Source of the DNA: Dehalococcoidia bacterium | GTDB lineage: Bacteria > Chloroflexota > Dehalococcoidia > Lucifugimonadales > UBA3495 | Reading direction: 5' to 3' | DNA length: 64,000 nt | NCBI GenBank assembly: GCA_965203835.1 | Contig: OZ241919.1 | Coordinates: 596,188 to 660,187 of the forward strand | In this document: piece after piece, positions 16,074 to 24,083 of the stretch | How the letters are laid out: each line of letters begins with the position of its first letter | Numbering within the stretch: the first letter of the stretch is position 1 | Made by a program: the position numbers and the translations under genes | Notes under the pieces: generated by a model | What the model was told of the DNA's origin: nothing | What the model saw: only the letters and a program-made list of their open reading frames with translations | Databases searched by the model: none

Positions 16074-18745
16074 ATGAATATCAGCATCAGGAACATCTTC
16101 CTGGGCAACCAGCGGAAGAAGGAGCCGGTCCTGCTGTCCGTCACGCCGCCCCGCGACGGCGAGCGCACGCTTTTGGGCGTGGAGAACCTGCTGGCCTCCA
16201 TCGCCGTCCCCGAACCCTTCTCCCTGGAACTGGCCGGGGACGCCAACGGCGTCAGCCTCCTGGCCCGCTGCCTGGACGACCAGGTGGTGCGGGGGCAGAT
16301 CGCCGCCCGCTACCCCCAGGCCCGCATCACCACCCTTGAACCCGACGACGACCCGTTGCGGTTGCAGGACGGGGAGCAGGCGTGGGGCATGACGCTGCGG
16401 GCGGGAGGCCCGGAATACGCCCCGCTGCGCACCTTCCGGGATGACGACCTGCTGGACGCCGGCTCCGACCCCCTGATCGCCATCATCGGGGCGCTGTCCA
16501 GCCTGAACGACGGGGAGCGGGTGGTGGCCCGGCTGCTGCTGCGGTCCCTGGGACCGGAGTGGTCCCTGGTCCACCAGCAGAAGCTCCAGCGCCAGCAGCA
16601 GACGGGAACCGGCCAGACCGTCACCAACACCCAGGCGACCCAGGCCCAGATCAGCACCAAGGACGGCGTAACCCTGGCCATCCTGGGCGTGGCCGCCCTG
16701 GTGGGACTGCGGGGCTACCTGTGGTACCAGGACGGCGAACTGCTGAAGGCGTCGCTGCTGGGTTTGGGTACGGCCCTGGGGCTGGTTCTGGCCGGCTGGG
16801 GCTGGTGGCGCTGGAGACAGGCCCGCAGCCGGGTCTACGACCCCTTGATGATCAAGGAGAAGACCTCCCGCATCGCCTTCGACGGCGAGATCCAGCTCAC
16901 GGCCATCCTGCCCGAAAGCGCCGGTCCCGACCGGGCCAACGAACTGCTGGGGCCGGTGTCCGCCGCCTACCGCACTACGACAATCCCGCCGGGGCCAGGT
17001 TCCGGGTGGGCAAGGTCAAGCCCGCGTTGCCCGGCGCCCACCTGCACCCGGCCGGGCCGGGGCTGTTCGGGAGGCGCAGCGTCCTGGGGGTGAGAGAGGC
17101 CGCCGGCCTGTGGCACCCGCCGGGAGCCAGGGACGAGACGCCCCTGGTGGCCCGCGCCGGGTCCAGGGCGCTCTTGCCCTCGGCACGGGGCACCAGCGGC
17201 GGCGCCCTGGTGGGCGAGACCACCACCGGCCCGGCCAGGAAGATCCACTTTCCCCAGGACCTGCTGCGCCGCCACCACCTCTACGTGGCCCGCACCCGCA
17301 TGGGCAAGTCCACCCTGATGGAGCACGTCATCGCCCACAAGCTGAGGGAGAAGGCGGCGGGCAACGACCACGACGCCATCATCGTCGTGGACCCCCACGC
17401 CGACCTGGTGGGCAGCGTGCTGGGGCAGGTGCCCGAGAGCCTGGTCGAACAGGTGAAGCTCATCGACCTGGCCGACAAGCGGGGCTTTCCCGGCATCAAC
17501 CTGCTGGACACCCGCATCTTCGCCGACCGGGACCGCACCGCCGACTCGGTGGTGCGGGTGGCCCACGGCCTGTGGGAGCAGTGGGAACCGAGGATGCAGT
17601 CCATCCTGGAGCACGCGGTCAAGAGCCTGCACGAGGCCAACGGGAAGCGGACGCCGGAAAGCCAGTACACCATCATCGACGGACTGAGGCTGCTGGGCGA
17701 CGACGACTTCCGGGACGAGGTGATGGCCCAGGTGGACGACCACCACCTGCTCAGGTGGTGGGCAAGGGAGTTCGGGACCTGGCGCAAGGACTACCAGGGC
17801 ATGGCCCTGGCCCCGGTGCAGACCCGCCTGGCCTACTACGCATCGTCCAGGACGGCCCGGGCCATCCTGGGCCAAGCCCGCTCCAGCATCGACCTGCGGG
17901 AGACCATCCAGGGTGGCGGCATCCTGCTGGTGTCTACCGCCCAAGGCGCCGTGGGCCGGGACGTGGCGGCCCTGGTGGGCTCCTCCATCCTGAACCTGGT
18001 GGACGGGGTGATCCGGGAGCAGGGCAGCCTGCCGCCGGAGCAGCGGCGGGGCGCATTGGTCGTCGTGGACGAGATGCAGACCATGCCTGGCGTGGACTAC
18101 GAGTCCATGCTCAGTGAGCTGGGCAAGTTCGGGGCCAACTTCATCCTGGCCACCCAGAGCCTGGCCAAGCTGGAGGACCTGTCCCGCACCATGCGCGACA
18201 CCGTGCTGGCCAACGTGGGCTGCCTGGCCGCCTTCCAGATGGCGGGTACCGACGCGCGGCAGTTGGTGTGGGAGCTGGGCAAGGAACGGGTCAGCGAGGA
18301 CGACGTCACCTCCCTGGACGTGCACCAGTGCTACGTGCGGGCAACCGTGGGCGTCGAGCGCATGGACGCCTTCTCCATGCGGGTGCTGCCGCCGGAGCCG
18401 GGTGACCCGCAGGTGGCACAGCGCATCCGGGACCTGGCCCTAGGCTACCTGACGCCCGTGGACGATATCGGCCCCCAGGACGACGAGATGGGCAAGCTGG
18501 TGGAGAAGTACCGCCAGGAACTGGCGGAACTCCGGCAGGGACCGCGCCGCCGGAAGGAGAACCAGGCCAGCCCTCCGGCCCAGCCCAAGGCCAACAACCG
18601 GCGCAACCAGCGCAGCCGGCGGCAGGGGCACCCCGCACCAGGAACGGAGGCAGAGGCGGAAGGGGAGCAGGATAACGAGGAAGGGAGCGACGGTTGGGAA
18701 GAGGGCAGCGGTGAGCCGGACGGCGAGGGGGAGGGGGAGGAATGA
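16074..18745 (+). pseudogene. TraD/VirD4-like type IV coupling ATPase, interrupted by an apparent 1-nt frameshift at ~16971-16975
   Basis: ORFs 16059..17093 and 16559..18745 join into one sensible protein (...VSAAYR|HYDNPAGARFRVGKV...). Two N-terminal TM helices, Walker A ARTRMGKST, Walker B ALVVVDEMQ. GGAGG SD before the ATG at 16074. Could be a sequencing error rather than true decay. Confidence 0.75.
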
Positions 18746-20436
18746 CGCGGACGATGAACCGGAGCCAGGGAGAGCTGCTGCGCCTTCTGGCCCGGATGCC
18801 CTTCCTGGACCGGCTGGAAATGGCTGCCCTGGCCGGGCGGTCCAGGGGCGGGGTCTACGAGGCGGCTGACCGTCTGGAGGACGCCGGACTCGCCGCCTCC
18901 GTGCCCCACGGCACGCCCCTGCTGGCCTCCACCCGCCGGTACTACCTCACCGAAAAATGCGTGAACGCGCTGGGCCAGGAGGAGGTCCAGCCAGTGGCAA
19001 GCCTGCTACGCGAATATCCGCTGTCGCTGCGCTGGCGCCGCGTGCTGCTGGAACGGCTGGACACCGCCGCCGTCATCTACCGCCTGGCCTCCGCCCTGGC
19101 CGGCCTGGGCCACCCCGCCGGCTTCCGCTGGCACCGGGCGCTGCCCCAGGACGCAACCGTAATGCTCCCCGGTGATCGCGTCCTTGCCATCGTGCGGCAG
19201 GGTTCGACCGCCGAGCGCGCCGGTTTCGCCAAGCGCCTCTGGCGGCTGGCCCAGGGTCCCCGGCCAGGGGCTTACTTGGTAATGGTCCCCGATGAGGTGC
19301 GGCTGCGCCAGGCCCGCGAACTGCTGCGCGGCGTCCGCGCCCCGGCATCCTCGGCCCCGGCCCTCTTCGCGCTGGAGCGCCACGTCGCGGCGGCCGGCGG
19401 GGACGATCCGGTATGGCGGTCACTCTCGTCGGGCGCCGGCATATCCCTCGCCGAGGCCGTGGCCCGCGCCAATCCCGGCGGCGTGATGGCGACCGAGCCG
19501 CCCCTGCAACGGGTCTCACTACCCAGGGACATCGACACCGGGGAACTGGACGGGGGCGACGGGGGCGAAGGCGTCCCCGGCCACCTGCTGCCGGTCCTGT
19601 TGCGGTCCGCCGAAAAGCGCGCCCTGGACCTGCTGGCCGACTGGCCTTGGCTGGCGCGGCAGGATCTGGCCGGGCTGCTGAACGTTTCCAACTCCGGGGC
19701 GTCCCACCTCACCGGCGCCCTGGCACGCTTTGGGTTGGTGGCCGCCGTCCAGCGCGACAGCCGCCGCCTGGCCCTCACGGATAGGGGGCTGAAACTGCTG
19801 GCCCGCCGGGACCGCGTTTCCACCGGCGAGGCCCGGCAGCGCTGGAGCGTCAGCACTGACGACGGCGAGGACGACGGCAACCGGCCAACCGTATCCGGCC
19901 GGCGCAGCCGCCAACTGCTCCGGGACCTGGAGCACACCGCCGCCGTCCACCGCTTCATCGCCGCCCTGAACCGCCAAGCCCAGGGTCTCGGCTGGAATAT
20001 CGAGCAACTGGACCCGCCCCACCGGGCCTCCCGCTACTTCCGCCACTACGGCGGCCCCCTTTCCCTGCATCCCGACGCCTTCGGAACGTTGCGCCGCAAT
20101 GACCTGCTGCGTTCCTTCTTCCTGGAGTACGAACGCCGCGCCGTGCGCCCCGCCACCATGGCCCAGCGCCTGGCTCCCTACCTGCGCTACTACTCCTCCC
20201 ACCGGCCCGCCGACGACCATGGCCAGAGGCCCCTGGTCCTGGTGGTCTTCGATGATCCCGTCGCACCCACCCATTTCCTGGAGGTGGCACGGAGGGAGAT
20301 GGAGCGCGTTCGCGTGCCGCTGCCTCTGCTGGTTTCCCACCGGGAACTGCTGCAACGGGAGGGGCCGCTGGGTTCCGCCTGGCTGGCGCCGGACGGCGAT
20401 TTCCGGCCGGTTCAACCTCTGCACCGCTACCAGTGA
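18742..20436 (+). CDS. Replication-relaxation (Replic_Relax) family protein
   Basis: 564-aa ORF whose start overlaps the T4CP stop (ATGA). wHTH-like N-terminal repeats. C-terminal block HTAAVHRF...LHPDAFG...FFLEYERRA is typical of the family. Confidence 0.7.
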   Translation: MTRTMNRSQGELLRLLARMPFLDRLEMAALAGRSRGGVYEAADRLEDAGLAASVPHGTPLLASTRRYYLTEKCVNALGQEEVQPVASLLREYPLSLRWRRVLLERLDTAAVIYRLASALAGLGHPAGFRWHRALPQDATVMLPGDRVLAIVRQGSTAERAGFAKRLWRLAQGPRPGAYLVMVPDEVRLRQARELLRGVRAPASSAPALFALERHVAAAGGDDPVWRSLSSGAGISLAEAVARANPGGVMATEPPLQRVSLPRDIDTGELDGGDGGEGVPGHLLPVLLRSAEKRALDLLADWPWLARQDLAGLLNVSNSGASHLTGALARFGLVAAVQRDSRRLALTDRGLKLLARRDRVSTGEARQRWSVSTDDGEDDGNRPTVSGRRSRQLLRDLEHTAAVHRFIAALNRQAQGLGWNIEQLDPPHRASRYFRHYGGPLSLHPDAFGTLRRNDLLRSFFLEYERRAVRPATMAQRLAPYLRYYSSHRPADDHGQRPLVLVVFDDPVAPTHFLEVARREMERVRVPLPLLVSHRELLQREGPLGSAWLAPDGDFRPVQPLHRYQ

Positions 20437-20517
20437 AACGCCAACGGGGCCGGACGGTTTATTCCGTCCGGCCCCGTCATATTCGGGAAACTCCTTGCGC
20501 CCTGGTCAGTCCTGGAC

Positions 20518-20829
20518 TTACGTGTGCGCGGCGCTGGCCTCGCTTTCGGCATCCAAGTCAGTATCAACCTCCGGCTCTCCCGCCTCGGGCAGCAGGTGGT
20601 GGAGCAGCCCCAGCCGGGCGGCCAGGGCGAACAGCGACACGAGGTGGCCGGAGCCGACCCGGGAGCCGGCCTTCCAGCGCCTCACCGTTTCGGCATTGAC
20701 CCGCAGTTCCCGGGCCAGGCCCCGCCAGCTAAACCCGGCGGCCTGCCGGAAGCGGTCCATCCGGTCGGAAAAGTCCGCCGGGAACTCCTGGGGCTCCGTG
20801 TGGTAGACGTACTGCTGACGGCTTCCCAT
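20518..20829 (-). CDS. Small HTH protein (paralog family 1 of 3 genes)
   Basis: Block AGFSWRGLARELRVNAETVRRWKAGSRVGSG is shared with the 20833 and 21332 ORFs. Confidence 0.6.
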   Translation of the reverse strand: MGSRQQYVYHTEPQEFPADFSDRMDRFRQAAGFSWRGLARELRVNAETVRRWKAGSRVGSGHLVSLFALAARLGLLHHLLPEAGEPEVDTDLDAESEASAAHT

Positions 20830-20832
20830 CCT

Positions 20833-21360
20833 TCACCTCCGGTATGGCCAGGGTTCGTCGGAGTCCCGCAGCAGCACCTCGACGCCGCCCCGCACCGTGC
20901 AAGCCCACTCCAGGATGGCCCGCATTTCGGCGGCGGTGGGCACGTCGTAAAAGCGCAGCCGGTTGGCCCGCTCCAGGGGCAGACCCCACCGGCGGGTGAA
21001 GTCCTCCATGGACACGCCGGTGCGGTCCTCCAACCGCCCCAGCCGCACCCACCAGTCCTCGGGCAGGGGCGGCGGCGGATAGCCCTTGCTCAGGCTGGGC
21101 TCGTAGTTGTCGTTGTCGAAAGTCATGGGCGATTCCTCCTTGGTTTTCTTGGGGCGGTTCTGCGCGAGGTTCCCAGCGACGGCATCCCGGTTGGAGCCAG
21201 GGCCGGATAAACCGGCGCGGTGATTGACGCCGATGCGGGCCGCCAACCCCCGCCAGGTCAGGCCGCACTTTTCCTGCAAACGCTCCAGCCCTCCACCGAC
21301 GCGCTCCGCCGGCAATGGGGAAAAGGCGTCGTCAATAGGCGATCTTCCTTCCTTGGTCAT
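20833..21360 (-). CDS. Double-module HTH protein (paralog family)
   Basis: N-terminal module CGLTWRGLAARIGVNHR and C-terminal module TGVSMEDFTRRWGLPLERANRL. An internal in-frame ATG at 21126 has a strong AAGGAGGAA SD, so a shorter 97-aa product is also possible. Confidence 0.55.
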   Translation of the reverse strand: MTKEGRSPIDDAFSPLPAERVGGGLERLQEKCGLTWRGLAARIGVNHRAGLSGPGSNRDAVAGNLAQNRPKKTKEESPMTFDNDNYEPSLSKGYPPPPLPEDWWVRLGRLEDRTGVSMEDFTRRWGLPLERANRLRFYDVPTAAEMRAILEWACTVRGGVEVLLRDSDEPWPYRR

Positions 21361-21664
21361 GGTTCCACCTCCCAGGTTGATGGATTACGATCACGTCCTC
21401 GTCCGTAAGCAGAGCCAGGCCACCGGGCACCCACAGGGCCAGGCGCACCAGGGCCAGCATGGCGCCCCCGTTGGGCTGCACCCCGTGCCGCCGCCAGCGC
21501 CACAGCTGGCGGCTGTCCACCCCAATGGCCGCCGCCATCCCCTCCCACGAGAGGCCGGTCGGGCGCTTGATGGCCTCCAGCTTCTCCCGGAAGTCCTCCG
21601 GCAGCAGGGCCACGCCCGGCGGTATCACAATGGGCGTCTTCATATTCGCGGGGGAGCTACTCAT
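21332..21664 (-). CDS. Small HTH protein (paralog family)
   Basis: Block TGLSWEGMAAAIGVDSRQLWRWRRHGVQPNG. Overlaps both neighbouring genes, giving compact operon packing. Confidence 0.6.
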   Translation of the reverse strand: MSSSPANMKTPIVIPPGVALLPEDFREKLEAIKRPTGLSWEGMAAAIGVDSRQLWRWRRHGVQPNGGAMLALVRLALWVPGGLALLTDEDVIVIHQPGRWNHDQGRKIAY

Positions 21665-21899
21665 CGACCCGCTCCAGGACGAAGAGAACGTTGAAGTCGG
21701 TGACGCCCAGGGCGTCCATCAGGCGCTGGCGCACCCCGGGCGAGGCGAAGCGCTCTCCGCTCATCAGCTGGGACATGTAGCCCGACCTGATGCCGGCCCG
21801 GCGCGCCAGCTCGTTCTGGCTCATGTTGAGCCGGTTCAGCAGCTCCCACACCACCTCGGTGCGCAGCCTGGACCTGAAACAGGGCTTCCTGCGTTTCAT
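21657..21899 (-). CDS. XRE-family HTH protein
   Basis: 80-aa ORF with NMSQNELARRAGIRSGYMSQLMSGER. AAGGAGG SD. ATGA overlap with the upstream ORF. Confidence 0.75.
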   Translation of the reverse strand: MKRRKPCFRSRLRTEVVWELLNRLNMSQNELARRAGIRSGYMSQLMSGERFASPGVRQRLMDALGVTDFNVLFVLERVDE

Positions 21900-22168
21900 T
21901 CGGCTGCCTCCTTGTGGGAAAGGTCTCCATCGGCCCGCGCGACGGCGTTGACCATGGCATCGTCCTTGCCGACGTCCCCACTTCCGCCGTCGATGGTGCC
22001 GGTAGGAACGGGGTACAGTTCGGGGTGGGCCAGGTAGTGGCGGACGATGACGCGGGCCAGAGCCCGCAGGCCATCCATCCTCTGTCGCTCCTGCTCACCG
22101 GTAAGTCTTGGCCTGGTACTCAAGGGAAACGTCTCTCCGTTGCCGCCGCATATCATTTCCCGTGTCAT
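21896..22168 (-). CDS. Hypothetical protein, first gene of the leftward HTH operon
   Basis: ORF 21896..22327. The start is unclear (ATG 22168, 22156 or 22078); third-position GC is only high from about MDGLRALARVIV onward. Confidence 0.4.
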   Translation of the reverse strand: MTREMICGGNGETFPLSTRPRLTGEQERQRMDGLRALARVIVRHYLAHPELYPVPTGTIDGGSGDVGKDDAMVNAVARADGDLSHKEAAE

Positions 22169-22298
22169 CCGGGGATTGGCCGGGGACCGGCCGGTGGGGT
22201 ATACTGGGCAGCAATTACGATTGGATGTTCTACTTGCTAGAGTGTAACAATCAGCAAACCAGATAGACAAGGACTCACTGCCACTAACGCACTGTTTC

Positions 22299-22328
22299 TT
22301 GACTGATTGCTCGCTGTGATGTAACAAT
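22299..22328 (+). promoter_or_regulatory. Sigma70-like promoter candidate for the XRE/ImmA operon
   Basis: TTGACT at 22299-22304, 18-nt spacer, AACAAT at 22323-22328. Lies in the only AT-rich patch of the element. Confidence 0.4.
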
Positions 22329-22332
22329 AATG

Positions 22333-22354
22333 CGACAAGAATCCGACAAGAATC
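22333..22354. repeat. Perfect 11-bp tandem direct repeat CGACAAGAATC x2 (operator candidate)
   Basis: Located just downstream of the candidate -10. In addition, the 9-bp TGTAACAAT occurs twice, at 22243 and 22320. Confidence 0.5.
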
Positions 22355-22409
22355 TGACTATTATCCCGTAGACTGGGAGCAGCAGACTGCGGGAAAGGAG
22401 GGAAGCATC

Positions 22410-22847
22410 ATGGGCGAGCCTGACCAACACCAGTCTGGCCCAACCGATGGGGAGGCAGAACTGTACGGCAACGAGGAGATCGGCCCCCTACTGAGAAGGC
22501 TCAGGAGACCCCTCAGCCTGAGAGACGTGAACCGCCGCACCGGGGTCTCCGGCTCCTACCTCTCCCAGATCGAAAACGGAGAGCGCAAGCCCGGGGCCAA
22601 CATCGTGCGCAAGCTGGCCGCCCTCTACCGGGTGGACCCCGACGAACTCCTGAAGCGGGCCGGCCACGGCCCCAGGCCCGACCCCCACGGCGACGAGACC
22701 CTGGAGGTGGAGCGGGCCTACCGCTACGTGCTGGACGACCCCAACTTCAGGGTGGGAACCCGGCCCGACGGCCCCCTGTCCCTGAACGCCAAGCGGTTCA
22801 TCGTGGAGATGTACGAGAAACTAACCGGCAAGAGGCTTTTGGAATGA
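22410..22847 (+). CDS. XRE-family transcriptional regulator
   Basis: HTH LSLRDVNRRTGVSGSYLSQIENGERKP. SD AAAGGAGGGAAG. Stop overlaps the start of the downstream ImmA-like gene. Confidence 0.85.
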   Translation: MGEPDQHQSGPTDGEAELYGNEEIGPLLRRLRRPLSLRDVNRRTGVSGSYLSQIENGERKPGANIVRKLAALYRVDPDELLKRAGHGPRPDPHGDETLEVERAYRYVLDDPNFRVGTRPDGPLSLNAKRFIVEMYEKLTGKRLLE

Positions 22848-23782
22848 ACGAAACCCTGGGCGGCTTCTGCCGCGACCTGCTGGATGAACACCATTGTTGC
22901 CCAGGCCAGGAACCCAGCCTGGAGGCCGTCGCCGCCCGCTTCGTGGAACGCTTCGGTGTGTCAGCCCGGCCTAACCTGGAGGAACTCAAGGCCCTGCTGC
23001 GCGACGCCGGTTTCGGGGAGGTGGTGGAGATGAGCATGGAGGGCAGTCCCAAGGGACTGCACGTGGGGATCGCGGGGCAGGAGTGCCACATCTACTACAA
23101 GGAAGAGTTGTGGCAGGGCGCCAGGGACTACACCGTGCTCCATGAGAGCTACGAGATCATGCACGAGACCCTGTGCGACCTGGCCACGGGAACCAAGGCG
23201 GAGCAGGAGGTGTGCCGGGAGGCGAACCGCTTCGCGGCGGGTGTGCTGATGCAGCCGGGGGAGTTCCGGGAGTTGGCCCTGGCGTTGGGACTGGACGTGA
23301 TCGCCCTGCAACGGGAGTACCGCTACGCCTACGCTGCCGTGACCATGAGACTCACCGAGGTGGTGCGCAACTTCCCCTACTCCGTGGTCCTCTACGAGCG
23401 TCCGGGCCGCACCGACCCGGCGATGTGGCCCAGGGGAGACGACCTGGCCGCGCTGCGGGCCACGGTGGTCCGGCGGACCAAGGGCATGGGGCCTCCCGCC
23501 TCCAAGCTCATCACCGGAAAGCGGGGCGGCATTCCCCAGAGGTACAAGCGGGTGCCCGCCGGGTCCCTGGCGGAGCGGGCGGCCCGCACGGGCGAGCCGG
23601 AGTACGCTGAGGCCGACGGTCTGGCCGTGGTCGCCAGGTCCGTCCGCTGGAAGGGGCGTCTGGCCAAGCTGGCGGTGGTGGCCGTGCCATTGGAGTTCCG
23701 GGCGGTGCTGGCCCCGCAGTTGGGCCGGCGGAGGCAGACCCGTCCCTTGACCAACCCCAGGGCGCTGACCGCCACGTCTTGA
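22844..23782 (+). CDS. ImmA/IrrE (M78)-like metallopeptidase domain protein
   Basis: Classic XRE + ImmA gene pair. Downstream family block EANRFAAGVLMQP is present. The zinc motif is non-canonical: LHESYEIMHE instead of HEXXH. Confidence 0.7.
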   Translation: MNETLGGFCRDLLDEHHCCPGQEPSLEAVAARFVERFGVSARPNLEELKALLRDAGFGEVVEMSMEGSPKGLHVGIAGQECHIYYKEELWQGARDYTVLHESYEIMHETLCDLATGTKAEQEVCREANRFAAGVLMQPGEFRELALALGLDVIALQREYRYAYAAVTMRLTEVVRNFPYSVVLYERPGRTDPAMWPRGDDLAALRATVVRRTKGMGPPASKLITGKRGGIPQRYKRVPAGSLAERAARTGEPEYAEADGLAVVARSVRWKGRLAKLAVVAVPLEFRAVLAPQLGRRRQTRPLTNPRALTATS

Positions 23783-23852
23783 CCGATGGGGCCGGATGCC
23801 GGATAATAATAGTAAGACAAACACTTATCCCACGAGGCAAAAAAAGGGGACT

Positions 23853-24083
23853 ATGCCGCCACGCCGCAAATCCAGGACCATCACCTTCTCGCTGCCGCCG
23901 GAGATGTACCAGGAGGTGCAGCGGGTCAAGGAAGAAGAGGGCCGCGACATGAGCGAGCTGGTGCGGGAAGCCCTGCGTTTGTACATGGAAGACCGGGAAC
24001 TGCGCCGTGAGCAGCGCCTGGAACGGCTGCGTTCCCGGCAGGCTGTACCGGAGACAAATGAACGAGGTGAGAGCAATGAGTAG
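23853..24083 (+). CDS. Ribbon-helix-helix (CopG-like) protein
   Basis: MPPRRKSRTITFSLPPEMYQEVQRVKEEEGRDMSELVREALRLYM matches an RHH beta-alpha-alpha pattern. Overlaps the recombinase start by 8 nt. Confidence 0.7.
   Translation: MPPRRKSRTITFSLPPEMYQEVQRVKEEEGRDMSELVREALRLYMEDRELRREQRLERLRSRQAVPETNERGESNE

Noticed and set aside
16967-18325. 452-aa minus-strand ORF antisense to the T4CP gene. Similar ORFs lie at 17110..18117 and 17281..17787.
   Set aside because: Low-complexity Gly/Ala/Pro/Arg/His-rich translation typical of antisense or off-frames in ~70% GC DNA. The sense frame has clear ATPase motifs and high third-position GC.
19272-20424. Long minus-strand ORFs (19519..20424, 19272..19958, 19073..19519) opposite the Replic_Relax gene.
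   Set aside because: Same high-GC artefact. No motifs and no SD sequences, and they fully overlap a gene with family-typical blocks.
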